From an uncultured archaeon (lineage in GTDB: Archaea; Thermoproteota; Nitrososphaeria; Nitrososphaerales; Gagatemarchaeaceae), in the NCBI GenBank assembly GCA_963817525.1, contig CAWFOU010000007.1, forward strand, positions 192,001 to 256,000: a stretch of 64,000 nt of DNA, given 5' to 3'. This document shows, one piece after another, positions 47,424-56,654 of the stretch. Both the position numbers and the translations under genes were made by a program. Within the stretch, counting starts at the first letter, position 1. The number at the start of each line of letters is the position of its first letter. A model generated the notes under the pieces. It was not told where the DNA came from, did not search any database, and saw only the letters and a list, made by a program, of their open reading frames with translations.

Positions 47424-47909
47424 CTAGCCATCCTTCTCTATCAGCATCGTGACATAGTCCTGGAACTCCTTGTCGAAGGTCCCGCGGGTGCCCTTGTGGA
47501 TTCGGACAAAGAGGGGCTGCTTAGTCATGCGCTCGAGGAAGTTCGACCACTGCTCCCAAGTCTCGTCGTCCATCCACTTCTTCTTGTGGAGCGAGTAGAC
47601 CTCCTCGAAGATGCCGTATCCCAAGAGCAGGTACGCTGAGAGGGTCTGGTCTTCCTCCGTGAGCTTCTCTCCGGGCCCGCCTTCGGGGGGCCTCATGGCC
47701 TCGTTGAAGTCCAGCAGCTTGGAGAGCTCGGGCCTCTCGACGAGCATCCTGATGTAGTCAGTGTAGCGGCCCATCACGTTCGCGACCGCGGCCTCCTTGA
47801 CCGCCTTCTCCTGGCTGCGGAACTGGAAGATGAACACCAAGAGCGTGAGGGATATCACCACGGTCTGGACGACGGAGGTGAGTATGACGAGGTCGGTGCT
47901 GTCGACCAA
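47424..47909 (-). CDS. hypothetical protein with N-terminal TM (DUF6082/DUF4760-like)
   Basis: TM helix then helical domain; FEEVY...DDETWEQW. Confidence 0.6.
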   Translation of the reverse strand: MVDSTDLVILTSVVQTVVISLTLLVFIFQFRSQEKAVKEAAVANVMGRYTDYIRMLVERPELSKLLDFNEAMRPPEGGPGEKLTEEDQTLSAYLLLGYGIFEEVYSLHKKKWMDDETWEQWSNFLERMTKQPLFVRIHKGTRGTFDKEFQDYVTMLIEKDG

Positions 47910-48008
47910 GGGCCGACGTGGGACTGGCGCTGTCGGTAATTAAGAGATGGGCTACGCCCGACCCAGTCCGAGTGGGTTGGGACTGCGCCTTGCGGCGACT
48001 AGATTCGT

Positions 48009-48293
48009 CTAGGAGACGACGAAACCGGCCACGAAGAGGACCATTATCGCGAATATCCAGATCATGACGGTAATACTCTTGGTAGCGTCGCCGGTCTTCA
48101 TGTTCACGTACATGTGCGCGATGAGAGCGAAGGCCAGGAAGTCCGCGCCGAGAAAGAGCGCGAATATCCTCTGGTCCACGACCGACAGGGTGTCGAGCGT
48201 CCAGAGGAAAACGGTCGAGATGGTCTGGATCATCAGCAGTGGGACAGCGACCTTCTCAGTTGAGTTCAAGCTTGCTCCCCACTGCGCTGGCAT
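48009..48293 (-). CDS. small 3-TM membrane protein in the Rieske/cytochrome b operon
   Basis: Three hydrophobic helices; overlaps the cytochrome b 3' end. Confidence 0.65.
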   Translation of the reverse strand: MPAQWGASLNSTEKVAVPLLMIQTISTVFLWTLDTLSVVDQRIFALFLGADFLAFALIAHMYVNMKTGDATKSITVMIWIFAIMVLFVAGFVVS

Positions 48294-49804
48294 CTACCGT
48301 GTTGCTCTCGGCGACCCGCCTGCCGACCCAGCGGTATCCGAGGAACGCGGCGGTGAGCACCCCGATCATGAGGCAGGTGGAGGCGCTGAGCCTGGCGACC
48401 ATGTCCACGGTGACGCCGTATTCGATGATCTGCACCACAGAGTCGACCGCGATCCCGATGCCGAGCGCTCCGAAGCCCATCAGGGCGGACATCGCCATGC
48501 CCATCCACTTTCCTTCATAGTAGCGATGGTGGGGACCTGTCACGGGCGCCGAGGAGGCGGCCGAGGTGGACGGCGCTCCGATGGCGCTCGTGGGGCGGAG
48601 CGCGGCGAACACGCCGCCCAACGCCAGCGCGACTATCAGGGCGGTGCCCCCGAGGACCTCGATCGCGCTCGCGGTGGGGATGATCTGCCCAGGAGTCATG
48701 AGCCCCCATGCGGCCAGCACGACGAGCTCCGCGATGAATATGGCGCCTAGTATCACGAACTTCGGGCGCTGAATCAGCCTCCGGTTTTCCCCCCTGTCGA
48801 TGAAGGGCAGGATGGTCAATATGACGAGGGCAGCCGAGCCTGCCGTGAGCGCCACGGGGATGCCTGCGGTCTCGAAGAACTTTATCTTGAGAATCTGGTA
48901 TAGCCAGAGGAAGTACCAGTCGGGCTGGGCGGCGATTTGGCCCGCGGCCGTCGCGCTGTACTCGGGTCCGAGCTGAATCGGGAAGAGGGCAGAGATGAGC
49001 AGCATCCCGACGCCGAAGATCACGGCAATCTCGACCAGGTACACCGTCATGTCGGGGAAGATCGGCAGAGTCCTCTTGAGCTTCGCCGTCAGGGTCCCGG
49101 TGACCGGCTCGGCGACGCCGTGGGTCTCGAGCATCCCCATCTTTAGGACCAGGAGCCCTAGGAGGATCGCTGGGAGGACGACCACGTGGAGGTCGTAGAA
49201 GTGCAGGAGCTCACCGGCCGTCTCCCCGGTCCCCGACAATCAGGAAGTTCGCCAGGCTGGCGATGGGCGCTGGAAGGGCCGCCATCAGTCCCACGCCGAC
49301 GTCCGACGCTGACACGGAGACCACGGTGTAGGGAAGGAGGTAGCCCGTGAACCCGAATCCCAGGGTGACGAAGCCCATCAGCATCCCGGTCATCCACATC
49401 AGCTCTCGCGGCTTCTTGTGCACGGAGACGAAGTAGCCCCTCATCATGTGCATGAAGGCGAGCATTATCATCGCGTAGGCCGTGTAGAGGTGTATGGTCT
49501 CCAAGAACTGCCCAAAGTAGACGGTCTTGAAGATATTCTCAGTGCTCGTGTACGCCGCCGTCGGGGTGGGGGTGTAGTAGAGCATCATTATCACGCCCGT
49601 GACGCCCTGGATGATGAACGCGACAACCGCGAGGGCGCCCAGCCAGTAGAAGGGGCTCAGCGAGTACGCGGGGGCGGGTCGTAGCAGCGGATACGTCGCG
49701 CCCGTACGCGAAGAGATGAAACCTGCCAGGCGCTCCAGCCTTGACTTGACGGCCTCCTCTGCTTCCTCCGCCTTTTTGTGCTCCTGCTGCGCCTCTTGTC
49801 CCAT
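48256..49804 (-). CDS. cytochrome b of a Rieske/cytochrome b complex, apparent frameshift near 49233
   Basis: YWLG, TGVIMMLYY.P, IHLY...HMMR, PRELMW.TG, FTGYLLP; second frame FYDLH, PDWYFLW, LPFID. Confidence 0.9.
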
Positions 49805-49805
49805 G

Positions 49806-50459
49806 CTAGCCCGAGCTCCCTGAAGTCGAGGCCGAGGCCAGCGTCCCTCCGACTAGGTCGTCGGTGACGACGGTAGACCCTGAAGTCCCGTATCCGTATA
49901 TCACCGGCGGGCCCATCCCGGTCGCGTAGATGTTCCCAGACGAGTCGACATCGAGCATCACTTGCGGCACCGGATGGGGCGCGGGGCCTCCTATAACGGT
50001 GGCGCCGGTAAGGAAGTCGTACTGGCTGCCGTGGCAGCAGCAGTAACCCTGCGGGATCTTCGCGACGAAGGAAGAGAGGCAGGCGGGCGAAGCGCCAGGC
50101 GCCAAAAAGTCGTAGATGCACCCCAGGTGCTGGCATATGTTGCTGAACGCCACTATGTCGGTGTTCGGGCCGACGCCTCCTTCAGTGGTCGACACCCCTG
50201 TCTTCACGAGAAGATTGGGCTGGACGGTCAACGGGTAGTTGAAGCTGATCGGCACGTTCTCCTGGAGCTGGGAGACGGTGGCAATCAAGATCTTCGGGAA
50301 TGTCGTGGATGCCGCCGTCGGGGGCGCCTCGGCTTCGACCGTGATTGACTTTGTTATCGCGAGCGTCCCGACGAGTGCGAGGGCCGCGGAGGCGACCGCT
50401 GTGTATTTCAGGAAGTCCCTGCGGCCTTCGTCAGGCCCGGCTTCGGCGTCAGCTGACAT
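49806..50459 (-). CDS. Rieske 2Fe-2S protein with Tat signal
   Basis: GRRDFLK twin-arginine; CQHLGC and CCCHGSQYD boxes; GPAPHP. Confidence 0.93.
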   Translation of the reverse strand: MSADAEAGPDEGRRDFLKYTAVASAALALVGTLAITKSITVEAEAPPTAASTTFPKILIATVSQLQENVPISFNYPLTVQPNLLVKTGVSTTEGGVGPNTDIVAFSNICQHLGCIYDFLAPGASPACLSSFVAKIPQGYCCCHGSQYDFLTGATVIGGPAPHPVPQVMLDVDSSGNIYATGMGPPVIYGYGTSGSTVVTDDLVGGTLASASTSGSSG

Positions 50460-50539
50460 GGACCCTCAGCTCCGGATTTTGCTCTGCCATGATAGCGCGA
50501 TTAAAGCTTTGTCGAAAAAGAAGGAATTTCTCTGACATG

Positions 50540-51004
50540 CTACTTGGACCTCCCGCCTGTAAACGCGAAGAGCGCGCCGATGACTATCACGCCTGCGCCC
50601 TCCGCCAGCATGAGCGTGTTCTTGAGGACCAGATAGGACGGGACGGCGACGAGCGTTATTCCTAAGATAACCAATGCTATGCCGAGGAAGAAGAAGTGCG
50701 AGTTGCTCATCATCGGGCCGGACTCTGCGAGCCCCCCCGCCGGGACGACTGGCGCCTGACGCGCCATCGAGGGCATCGGGGCCGCGCCGCTCTTGAGCCA
50801 CCCCACGGGAGCCAGTATCAGCGCGAACACGACGAAAACCACCGACAGCTCCTGGAGCCTCGCCGCCGGGCTCGGGATGCAGTTGCAGCTGTCGAGGTTG
50901 AGCACGTTAGGGTGGATGCTGGAGGTCGCCGTGATGCCCACGACTCCGAAGACCCCCAGAAGAACTGCGAGGACGATGTAGTCCGTGTCCAAGCGCAACT
51001 TCAC
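50540..51004 (-). CDS. 4-TM membrane protein with CxC motif
   Basis: Hydrophobic helices, DSCNCIP loop; GTG start inferred. Confidence 0.55.
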   Translation of the reverse strand: MKLRLDTDYIVLAVLLGVFGVVGITATSSIHPNVLNLDSCNCIPSPAARLQELSVVFVVFALILAPVGWLKSGAAPMPSMARQAPVVPAGGLAESGPMMSNSHFFFLGIALVILGITLVAVPSYLVLKNTLMLAEGAGVIVIGALFAFTGGRSK

Positions 51005-51069
51005 GGCAGCTTTCCCCCCCACTAAAAGGTTTTGAAGCTTTCGACTCCTCGGGAAGAGGCTGAGCGCGC

Positions 51070-51573
51070 TCAGGCCGCCCAAGGGGGCTCTGGGAGGCCT
51101 GCCTTCCACTCGGCAATCTCCTTGAACATCTTGCCCAGTTCCTTGTCGCCGCTCAGGAGCAGGAAGACGTAGGAGGCCAGGACGTCGTCGCTCAGACTCT
51201 CGGTGAGCGTTGGCCGCCCAAAGTCGTACTCTCCAACGATCTCCAGGCCCTTGTCGAAGGCCGGGGCGGAGACGTATCGCTTGAACGCGCGCGGGTCCCG
51301 AGTCGGCCCCGAGGACGCCTCCTCCCGAATCTCCGAGAAGACGTCGGACATCAGCGCCCTCATCTCCGGAGCGAGCTCGTCCTTGGCCCTCTTCGAGGCT
51401 GAGGTCCCCGAGCGCTTGGAGCCCGATGGCGCGTCGGCCATCCTGTCCGCGAGGGCGGTCAGGGTCTCCTCGAACATCCCCATGAATATCATCGAGTGGT
51501 TCACGAGGAGGTTCTGGAGCCTCTCCTCCCTCGCGGGGACGAGGCGTCGCTTCGCCATCGCGATGGCGGGCAC
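51070..51573 (-). CDS. hypothetical protein
   Basis: ORF with host-like codon usage (LLVNHSMIFMGMFEE...). Confidence 0.55.
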   Translation of the reverse strand: MPAIAMAKRRLVPAREERLQNLLVNHSMIFMGMFEETLTALADRMADAPSGSKRSGTSASKRAKDELAPEMRALMSDVFSEIREEASSGPTRDPRAFKRYVSAPAFDKGLEIVGEYDFGRPTLTESLSDDVLASYVFLLLSGDKELGKMFKEIAEWKAGLPEPPWAA

Positions 51574-51600
51574 CGCGGAGCGTAAAAATCGTGCGGGTGC

Positions 51601-53154
51601 CTAGTGGGCCGCCGGGACGACTTCCTGGGGCTGAGGTTGGCCAGGAGGCGAGGGAGGAGGAGCCTTCGCCATGTCCTTGAAGGTATAGTTCTTGGTGGCG
51701 AGGCTGAGGATGAGGACGACGGCGGTCAGCACGAGGCCCACCCCGAAGACGACGTTGAAGGCTGTCGCGTTCGGAAGGTACTGGCCGCTGGGGACGGCGT
51801 GGCCGGCTATCTCAACAATGTACGGCGACGTGTAACTCGCCATTATCGCGGTCGCGACTACAGGCCCGACCGCGCCCCCGAGATTCCTGAGCATCGTGTT
51901 GAACCCTAGGGCGACGCCGATGGTCTCCCTCGGCACGGAGAGGGAGATCATGTTCACGATCGGGATTATCACGCCGACTATGCCCACGAGCGAGAAGACC
52001 ATGTCCAGGGACAGGTCGAGGGACGTCGCCCTGTTGAGTATGAAGAGCGAGAGCCCGAGGCCCATGGCGAGGCTGGCTACGATGAGCATCGGCTTCGGCC
52101 CGAAGCGCCCCACCGCCCTCCCCGCCAACGGCCCGGCGATGAGCATGGCGAGCGTCGCCGGCGCGAGCGTGAGCCCGGTGGCCACCACCCCCCTTGCGAG
52201 CCCGAACGGGGTGGGGAGCTCCGCGTAGTAGATTATCGCGAAGAAGAGCAGGAACATCACCATGCCGGAGACGAGGCCCACCAGGTTGGCCACGAGGACG
52301 TTCCTGATCTTGAGGAGGTCGAGCCTTATGAGCGGCTCTGCCACCTTGGTCTCAAAGAAGAAGAAGGCGATGGTGAGGGCGATTCCTGGTATCAGAAGCG
52401 CGATCTCCTCGGTGCTAAACCAGCCGAGAGAAGCTCCCTCGGTCGCGTATATGAGTAGCAGCGTCACGCCCGTCATCAGAATCCCCGCTCCCAGGAAGTC
52501 GACCTTGCGCTTGGCGCGGGGGACGTCCCTCCTTATCACCTTGAGCACTATCGCGAAGAGGACGATGCTCAGGATGAACGCCGTGTGGAACGCGTACTGC
52601 CAGCCGAGGTCTTGGACGACCTCGGAACCGAGTATCAGGCCCGCAGCCGCCCCGATCGCGAAGGTCCCGCTGATGATGCCCTGCGCCTGGGCAATCTTCT
52701 CCCTCGGGAAGGTGTCGGTGATTATCGCGAGGCCGAGGGGGACAATCGCGAAGCCCACGCCCTGGACGGCGCGGGCGAAGATCAGGAAGTATATCGATGG
52801 CGAGAAGCCGGCTATGCCCACGCCAAAAGTGTAGAAGGTCAAGGAGACCAGCACCATCCTCTTCTTGCCGTAGTTGTCCCCAAGCCTCCCGAAGAGAGGC
52901 GCGACGGCGCTCCCCACTATCAGGAAGGCGGAGGTGATCCAGGAGGCGATGGTCGCCGTGCTCGTAAAGTCGTGCTGGATGACGGGGACTCCAGGGATGA
53001 CCATCGTCTCGACGTAGTTCACAAGGAGCGCGACCGCGGTGACGGTCAGGAGCACCCTGGTAGGATACTTGGCGTCTTTCACGGCGATCGCCGTCGTCGG
53101 AGACGCCACTCCGCCGCCTACCTGGGGAGCGGAGGAGGGCTGCGCGGTCGTCAT
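51601..53154 (-). CDS. MFS transporter (DHA2-like, 14 TMS)
   Basis: NYVETMVIP, FGRLGDNYGKKR, ARAVQGVG, LGWQYAFH, RNLGGAVGP. Confidence 0.9.
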   Translation of the reverse strand: MTTAQPSSAPQVGGGVASPTTAIAVKDAKYPTRVLLTVTAVALLVNYVETMVIPGVPVIQHDFTSTATIASWITSAFLIVGSAVAPLFGRLGDNYGKKRMVLVSLTFYTFGVGIAGFSPSIYFLIFARAVQGVGFAIVPLGLAIITDTFPREKIAQAQGIISGTFAIGAAAGLILGSEVVQDLGWQYAFHTAFILSIVLFAIVLKVIRRDVPRAKRKVDFLGAGILMTGVTLLLIYATEGASLGWFSTEEIALLIPGIALTIAFFFFETKVAEPLIRLDLLKIRNVLVANLVGLVSGMVMFLLFFAIIYYAELPTPFGLARGVVATGLTLAPATLAMLIAGPLAGRAVGRFGPKPMLIVASLAMGLGLSLFILNRATSLDLSLDMVFSLVGIVGVIIPIVNMISLSVPRETIGVALGFNTMLRNLGGAVGPVVATAIMASYTSPYIVEIAGHAVPSGQYLPNATAFNVVFGVGLVLTAVVLILSLATKNYTFKDMAKAPPPSPPGQPQPQEVVPAAH

Positions 53155-53388
53155 GCTCTGGGGCCGGGGCAAGACAGCCCCCATTTTAACCTGAACCCAT
53201 CGCGTCGACGGTCGCACGAATCAGTCCCCGCCATCGAAGAGGCCTACCGAATCATGCAAGGACGCGCGGGGAAATATTAGCCCGTATCAATTGTCCTGCG
53301 TCGTAATAATAACTTTCAGGACATCTGGCCCCTTCAGTTGTTTAGCTCTTTGATGCGGATAATAACATCGTGCCTGATGTCTAATACA

Positions 53389-53400
53389 ATTTATATATAT
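53389..53400 (+). promoter_or_regulatory. strong TATA box upstream of the CC1-like gene
   Basis: TTTATATATAT run ending ~20 bp before the ATG at 53421. Confidence 0.6.
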
Positions 53401-53420
53401 CTGGGCGCCCACGATTGGCG

Positions 53421-53591
53421 ATGGAATACACTGCCTACGACGTCAAGGCCAAGAAGAAGGTAAAAATCGTGGACCCGAAAGTGGTCAAGATGAAGAACGG
53501 TCGCTACGCTGTAAAGGGAAAGAGCGCAGTGAGCGGTATCAACGTCTACAGGATCCTTTCGAACGCCGAGTCCAAAGCGGCCAAGAAGTAG
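53421..53591 (+). CDS. 56-aa basic protein, CC1/DUF5679-like chromatin protein (not in ORF track)
   Basis: MEYTAYDVKAKKKVKIVDPKVVKMKNGRYAVKGKSAVSGINVYRILSNAESKAAKK; in-frame TTG at 53415 is an alternative start. Confidence 0.8.
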   Translation: MEYTAYDVKAKKKVKIVDPKVVKMKNGRYAVKGKSAVSGINVYRILSNAESKAAKK

Positions 53592-53732
53592 CCCAGCTCC
53601 ATCCACTTGCTCACCGCGGGGCGGTCGGCCTCGACAGCCGGCCGTCCGTGGCCTAATCGACCCCTACCGTAGGGTCTCGCGTGATCTTGGGCAGGGCAGC
53701 TTTTAATACGAAAAGAAGCCATTCAAATCGTC

Positions 53733-54377
53733 ATGCGCATCGCGGTGCTCGGGACGGGCGACGTGGGGAACAGGCTGGCCACCAAGCTGGTATCGCAAGG
53801 CAAAGAGGTCATGATGGGCTCGAGGACAGCGAAGAACCCAAAGGCCGCCGCATGGGCCAAGGCGACGGGCGCCAGGGCCTCGACCGGGACTTTCGAGGAC
53901 GCCGCGAAGTTCGGGGAGTTGGTCTTCAACTGCACGGCGGGCGTGGTCTCGCTGGAGGCGCTCAAGCTCGCGGGCAAGGAGAACCTGGCCGCGAAGGTCC
54001 TCGTTGACGTCTCGAACGCGCTCGACTTTTCCAAAGGGATGCCCCCGACGCTTACGGTGTGCAACACAGACTCACTCGGCGAGCAGATACAGCGGGCGTT
54101 CCCCGACGCGAAGGTCGTGAAAGCACTCAACACGATGGGGAACGAGCTGATGGTCAACCCTGGCCTCGTCCCAGGCGAGCACGACACGTTCGTCTGCGGG
54201 AACGATCAGCAGGCCAAGGCGAAGGTGGTCGAGATACTGCGAGCATTCGGGTGGAAGAGCCCGATAGACCTCGGGGACATCACCGCGGCGCGCGGCCTCG
54301 AGATGATGCTCCCGATCTGGGTCAGGTTGATGGTCACGCTTCGCACGAGGAACTTCAACTTCAAGATCTCGAGATGA
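53733..54377 (+). CDS. NADPH-dependent F420 reductase family oxidoreductase
   Basis: GTGDVG, MGSR, VDVSNAL, SLGEQIQ, VVKALNT, DLGDI. Confidence 0.85.
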   Translation: MRIAVLGTGDVGNRLATKLVSQGKEVMMGSRTAKNPKAAAWAKATGARASTGTFEDAAKFGELVFNCTAGVVSLEALKLAGKENLAAKVLVDVSNALDFSKGMPPTLTVCNTDSLGEQIQRAFPDAKVVKALNTMGNELMVNPGLVPGEHDTFVCGNDQQAKAKVVEILRAFGWKSPIDLGDITAARGLEMMLPIWVRLMVTLRTRNFNFKISR

Positions 54378-54787
54378 AAGGCAAGGTGGGGCACCCGTTC
54401 AAGAGGCTGGCCTACGTCTACGTGGGGACCTCGGACTTTGAGAGGGACCTCGACTACTACGAGAACAAGCTCGGCGCCAGGCTGCTCTGGAACCTGAAGG
54501 CATTCGGGGCGAGGGTCGCCGCCTTCGACCTCTCCGGGGAACCCTACCTTCTCCTGGCCGATCACGTCAAGGCCCCGAGCAAGCGTCTAATCTACGAAGT
54601 CGACGACCTTGAAGACGCGGCCAGGGAGCTGAGGCGCCATGGATGGGAGCCCGACGGGGGACGCTTCGAGATACCAGACGGCCCCTGCATCAGGTTCAAG
54701 GACGCGAGCGGGAACGAGTACGCGATCCTTCAGATGACGAGGCCCCACATACTCGAGAAGGAGACGGCCGGAGGCGGGAGCGGATGA
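54374..54787 (+). CDS. VOC/glyoxalase family protein
   Basis: YVGTSDFERDLDYY..LG, YEVDDLE, IPDG..FKDASGN; ATGA overlap with the upstream gene. Confidence 0.82.
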   Translation: MKGKVGHPFKRLAYVYVGTSDFERDLDYYENKLGARLLWNLKAFGARVAAFDLSGEPYLLLADHVKAPSKRLIYEVDDLEDAARELRRHGWEPDGGRFEIPDGPCIRFKDASGNEYAILQMTRPHILEKETAGGGSG

Positions 54788-54794
54788 CCCGGTC

Positions 54795-55475
54795 TCAGCC
54801 CAGGCCCTCGTAGGCCGCCCCCACGAAGCCCGCCATGTCGCCCTCCGCGGACGGGAGGGAGGAGGTCGCTGCGATGTGGACCTGGATGTAGACGTTGCCC
54901 TTCGTGCAGACCCCGTTGGCCACGTACTCCCCGCCCGCGGGGTCGGCCTGCGCGTATCCGTAGCATATACCGTATTGCTCGTAGCCCGTAAGCGTGGAGG
55001 TCGCGTTTGTGAAGCCGGAGGCGGCGGCGTTGGAGATCACGCTCGTGATGTATCTCTGGGCGGAGGAGGGGGTGCCGAACACCAAGATCGTCATGTTGGC
55101 CAGGGCCCCTCCCTGGTTGGAGTAGAGGGCGTACCCACCGCTCACCAGGCCGGTCTCGTTGGGGTTGAGCTGCTTGGACGACCCCTGCAGGTATCCCGAG
55201 GGGACGTGCGCCGCCGCGGAGGAGATTACCGAGGAGGCGAGGACGTCGTAGGACGCCGTCGTCTGGAAAGACGTGGTCGTAGCAGCCGAGCCGAAGGTGC
55301 CGAGCCCGTAGACCAGGAGCGCGACGAGGACGATGAAGACGACCCCTGTCGCGGCGAGGTAGGTCTTGGCCCTGGGCGAGAGCTTGCCACCTGCCGCTCC
55401 GCTCTGGTCCGGGGCCGCACGGCCTGTTTGGGAAGCCTGGAAAAGACGACCCGGAAACATAGAGAAGTCCGCCAA
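54795..55475 (-). CDS. membrane-anchored hypothetical protein
   Basis: One TM helix then a Ser/Thr/Gly-rich extracellular domain with 2 Cys. Confidence 0.6.
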   Translation of the reverse strand: MADFSMFPGRLFQASQTGRAAPDQSGAAGGKLSPRAKTYLAATGVVFIVLVALLVYGLGTFGSAATTTSFQTTASYDVLASSVISSAAAHVPSGYLQGSSKQLNPNETGLVSGGYALYSNQGGALANMTILVFGTPSSAQRYITSVISNAAASGFTNATSTLTGYEQYGICYGYAQADPAGGEYVANGVCTKGNVYIQVHIAATSSLPSAEGDMAGFVGAAYEGLG

Positions 55476-55569
55476 GCTCGGCGAGAGCCCGACCCCCTAT
55501 AACGCTATCGACTGGGGCAACCCAAGACAGAGACGGGGAGCGCCCCAGCTCGCCTGGGATGGTCGCTGA

Positions 55570-56580
55570 CTAGTTGTAGGGGTTCTCGCTGACGACGTTG
55601 AAGTAGAGGAAGAGGTTGGAGTTGGCAGGGGAGGTCTCGGCGATTTCCGTGACTCCTGGGACGAGGACCTGGGTCGGCACTCCGCCGAAGGTGGAGTAGA
55701 TGGGGTTGCTCTGGGTCGCGTTTGCGTTCGCGGTGGCGGAGGTCTTGGTCCCCATCGCGGCTTGGATTGCTGACAGGCTGTTGAGGCAGTTGCCGGTCGG
55801 GTCTGTCAGGTTCGACTGGACCACCTGAGTGCACTGTCCGGTGATCGCGTTCGGCATCACGTTGGGGTCGAACACGAGCACCACGACCATGTACCACGGG
55901 ATTGACTGCGTGCCGTTGTAGCCCACAACGTGGTCGTGCGCCGGGGTGGGGAGGACTCCCTCAGGAAGCCCGAATATCCCGTTCTGTATGCCTAGGTGCT
56001 GCTCCACCAGAGTGAAGTCGGGCGAGTAGAGGTAAGTAGGGTGGTCCGGGCACGCCGCTCCCGTCCCGCCTGCTCCGCACTGGGTCGGGACGGTCTGGTT
56101 GTCGAAGACTGGGTATCCCTGCGCGGATGCGCCCAGCTTCGCCACTCCGAATATGGAGAGCCCCGCGTAGGCGGGGACGAGCACGAAGACCGGGAGCGCG
56201 TTGGCGACTGCCGTGGAGTTCCCAGCTCCAACCGCGCATCCCGTGTCCTTGGCCGCGGCTGCTGCCTCCGTCGAGTTGAACCCAAAGGTGGTTAAGGAGG
56301 GCGTGCATTGGTAGTTCTGCGTGTATCCGAACGAGACCGTCCCGGAGTTCAAGAGCCCGCCGCTGACGAGCGCCTGCATGACTCCTGAGCTTGAGCTCAT
56401 CATCGATGACTCGGACACGGTCGCCGTGGTCGTCGAAATCACAGTCTCTGTCTTTGTGGGCGAGCTCGTGGTGCCGTACAGGCCAAACCCTATCGCCGCG
56501 ATAACTATCAGCAGGACCGTTACTCCTGCGAAGACTGTGTTGGAAACCGCCGGTCTTCCGTCTGAGGTTCTCATCTTCAT
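55570..56580 (-). CDS. membrane-anchored/secreted Cys-containing protein with HDH motif
   Basis: N-terminal AVS-hydrophobic segment, S/T linker, 6 Cys, CPDHP and PTPAHDH motifs. Confidence 0.65.
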   Translation of the reverse strand: MKMRTSDGRPAVSNTVFAGVTVLLIVIAAIGFGLYGTTSSPTKTETVISTTTATVSESSMMSSSSGVMQALVSGGLLNSGTVSFGYTQNYQCTPSLTTFGFNSTEAAAAAKDTGCAVGAGNSTAVANALPVFVLVPAYAGLSIFGVAKLGASAQGYPVFDNQTVPTQCGAGGTGAACPDHPTYLYSPDFTLVEQHLGIQNGIFGLPEGVLPTPAHDHVVGYNGTQSIPWYMVVVLVFDPNVMPNAITGQCTQVVQSNLTDPTGNCLNSLSAIQAAMGTKTSATANANATQSNPIYSTFGGVPTQVLVPGVTEIAETSPANSNLFLYFNVVSENPYN

Positions 56581-56654
56581 AATTCGCCACTTGCTCGATA
56601 TATAGGCGAATGCCCAGATTACACCCAAATCTCTCCCACCTCGGCGAGCGAGGC

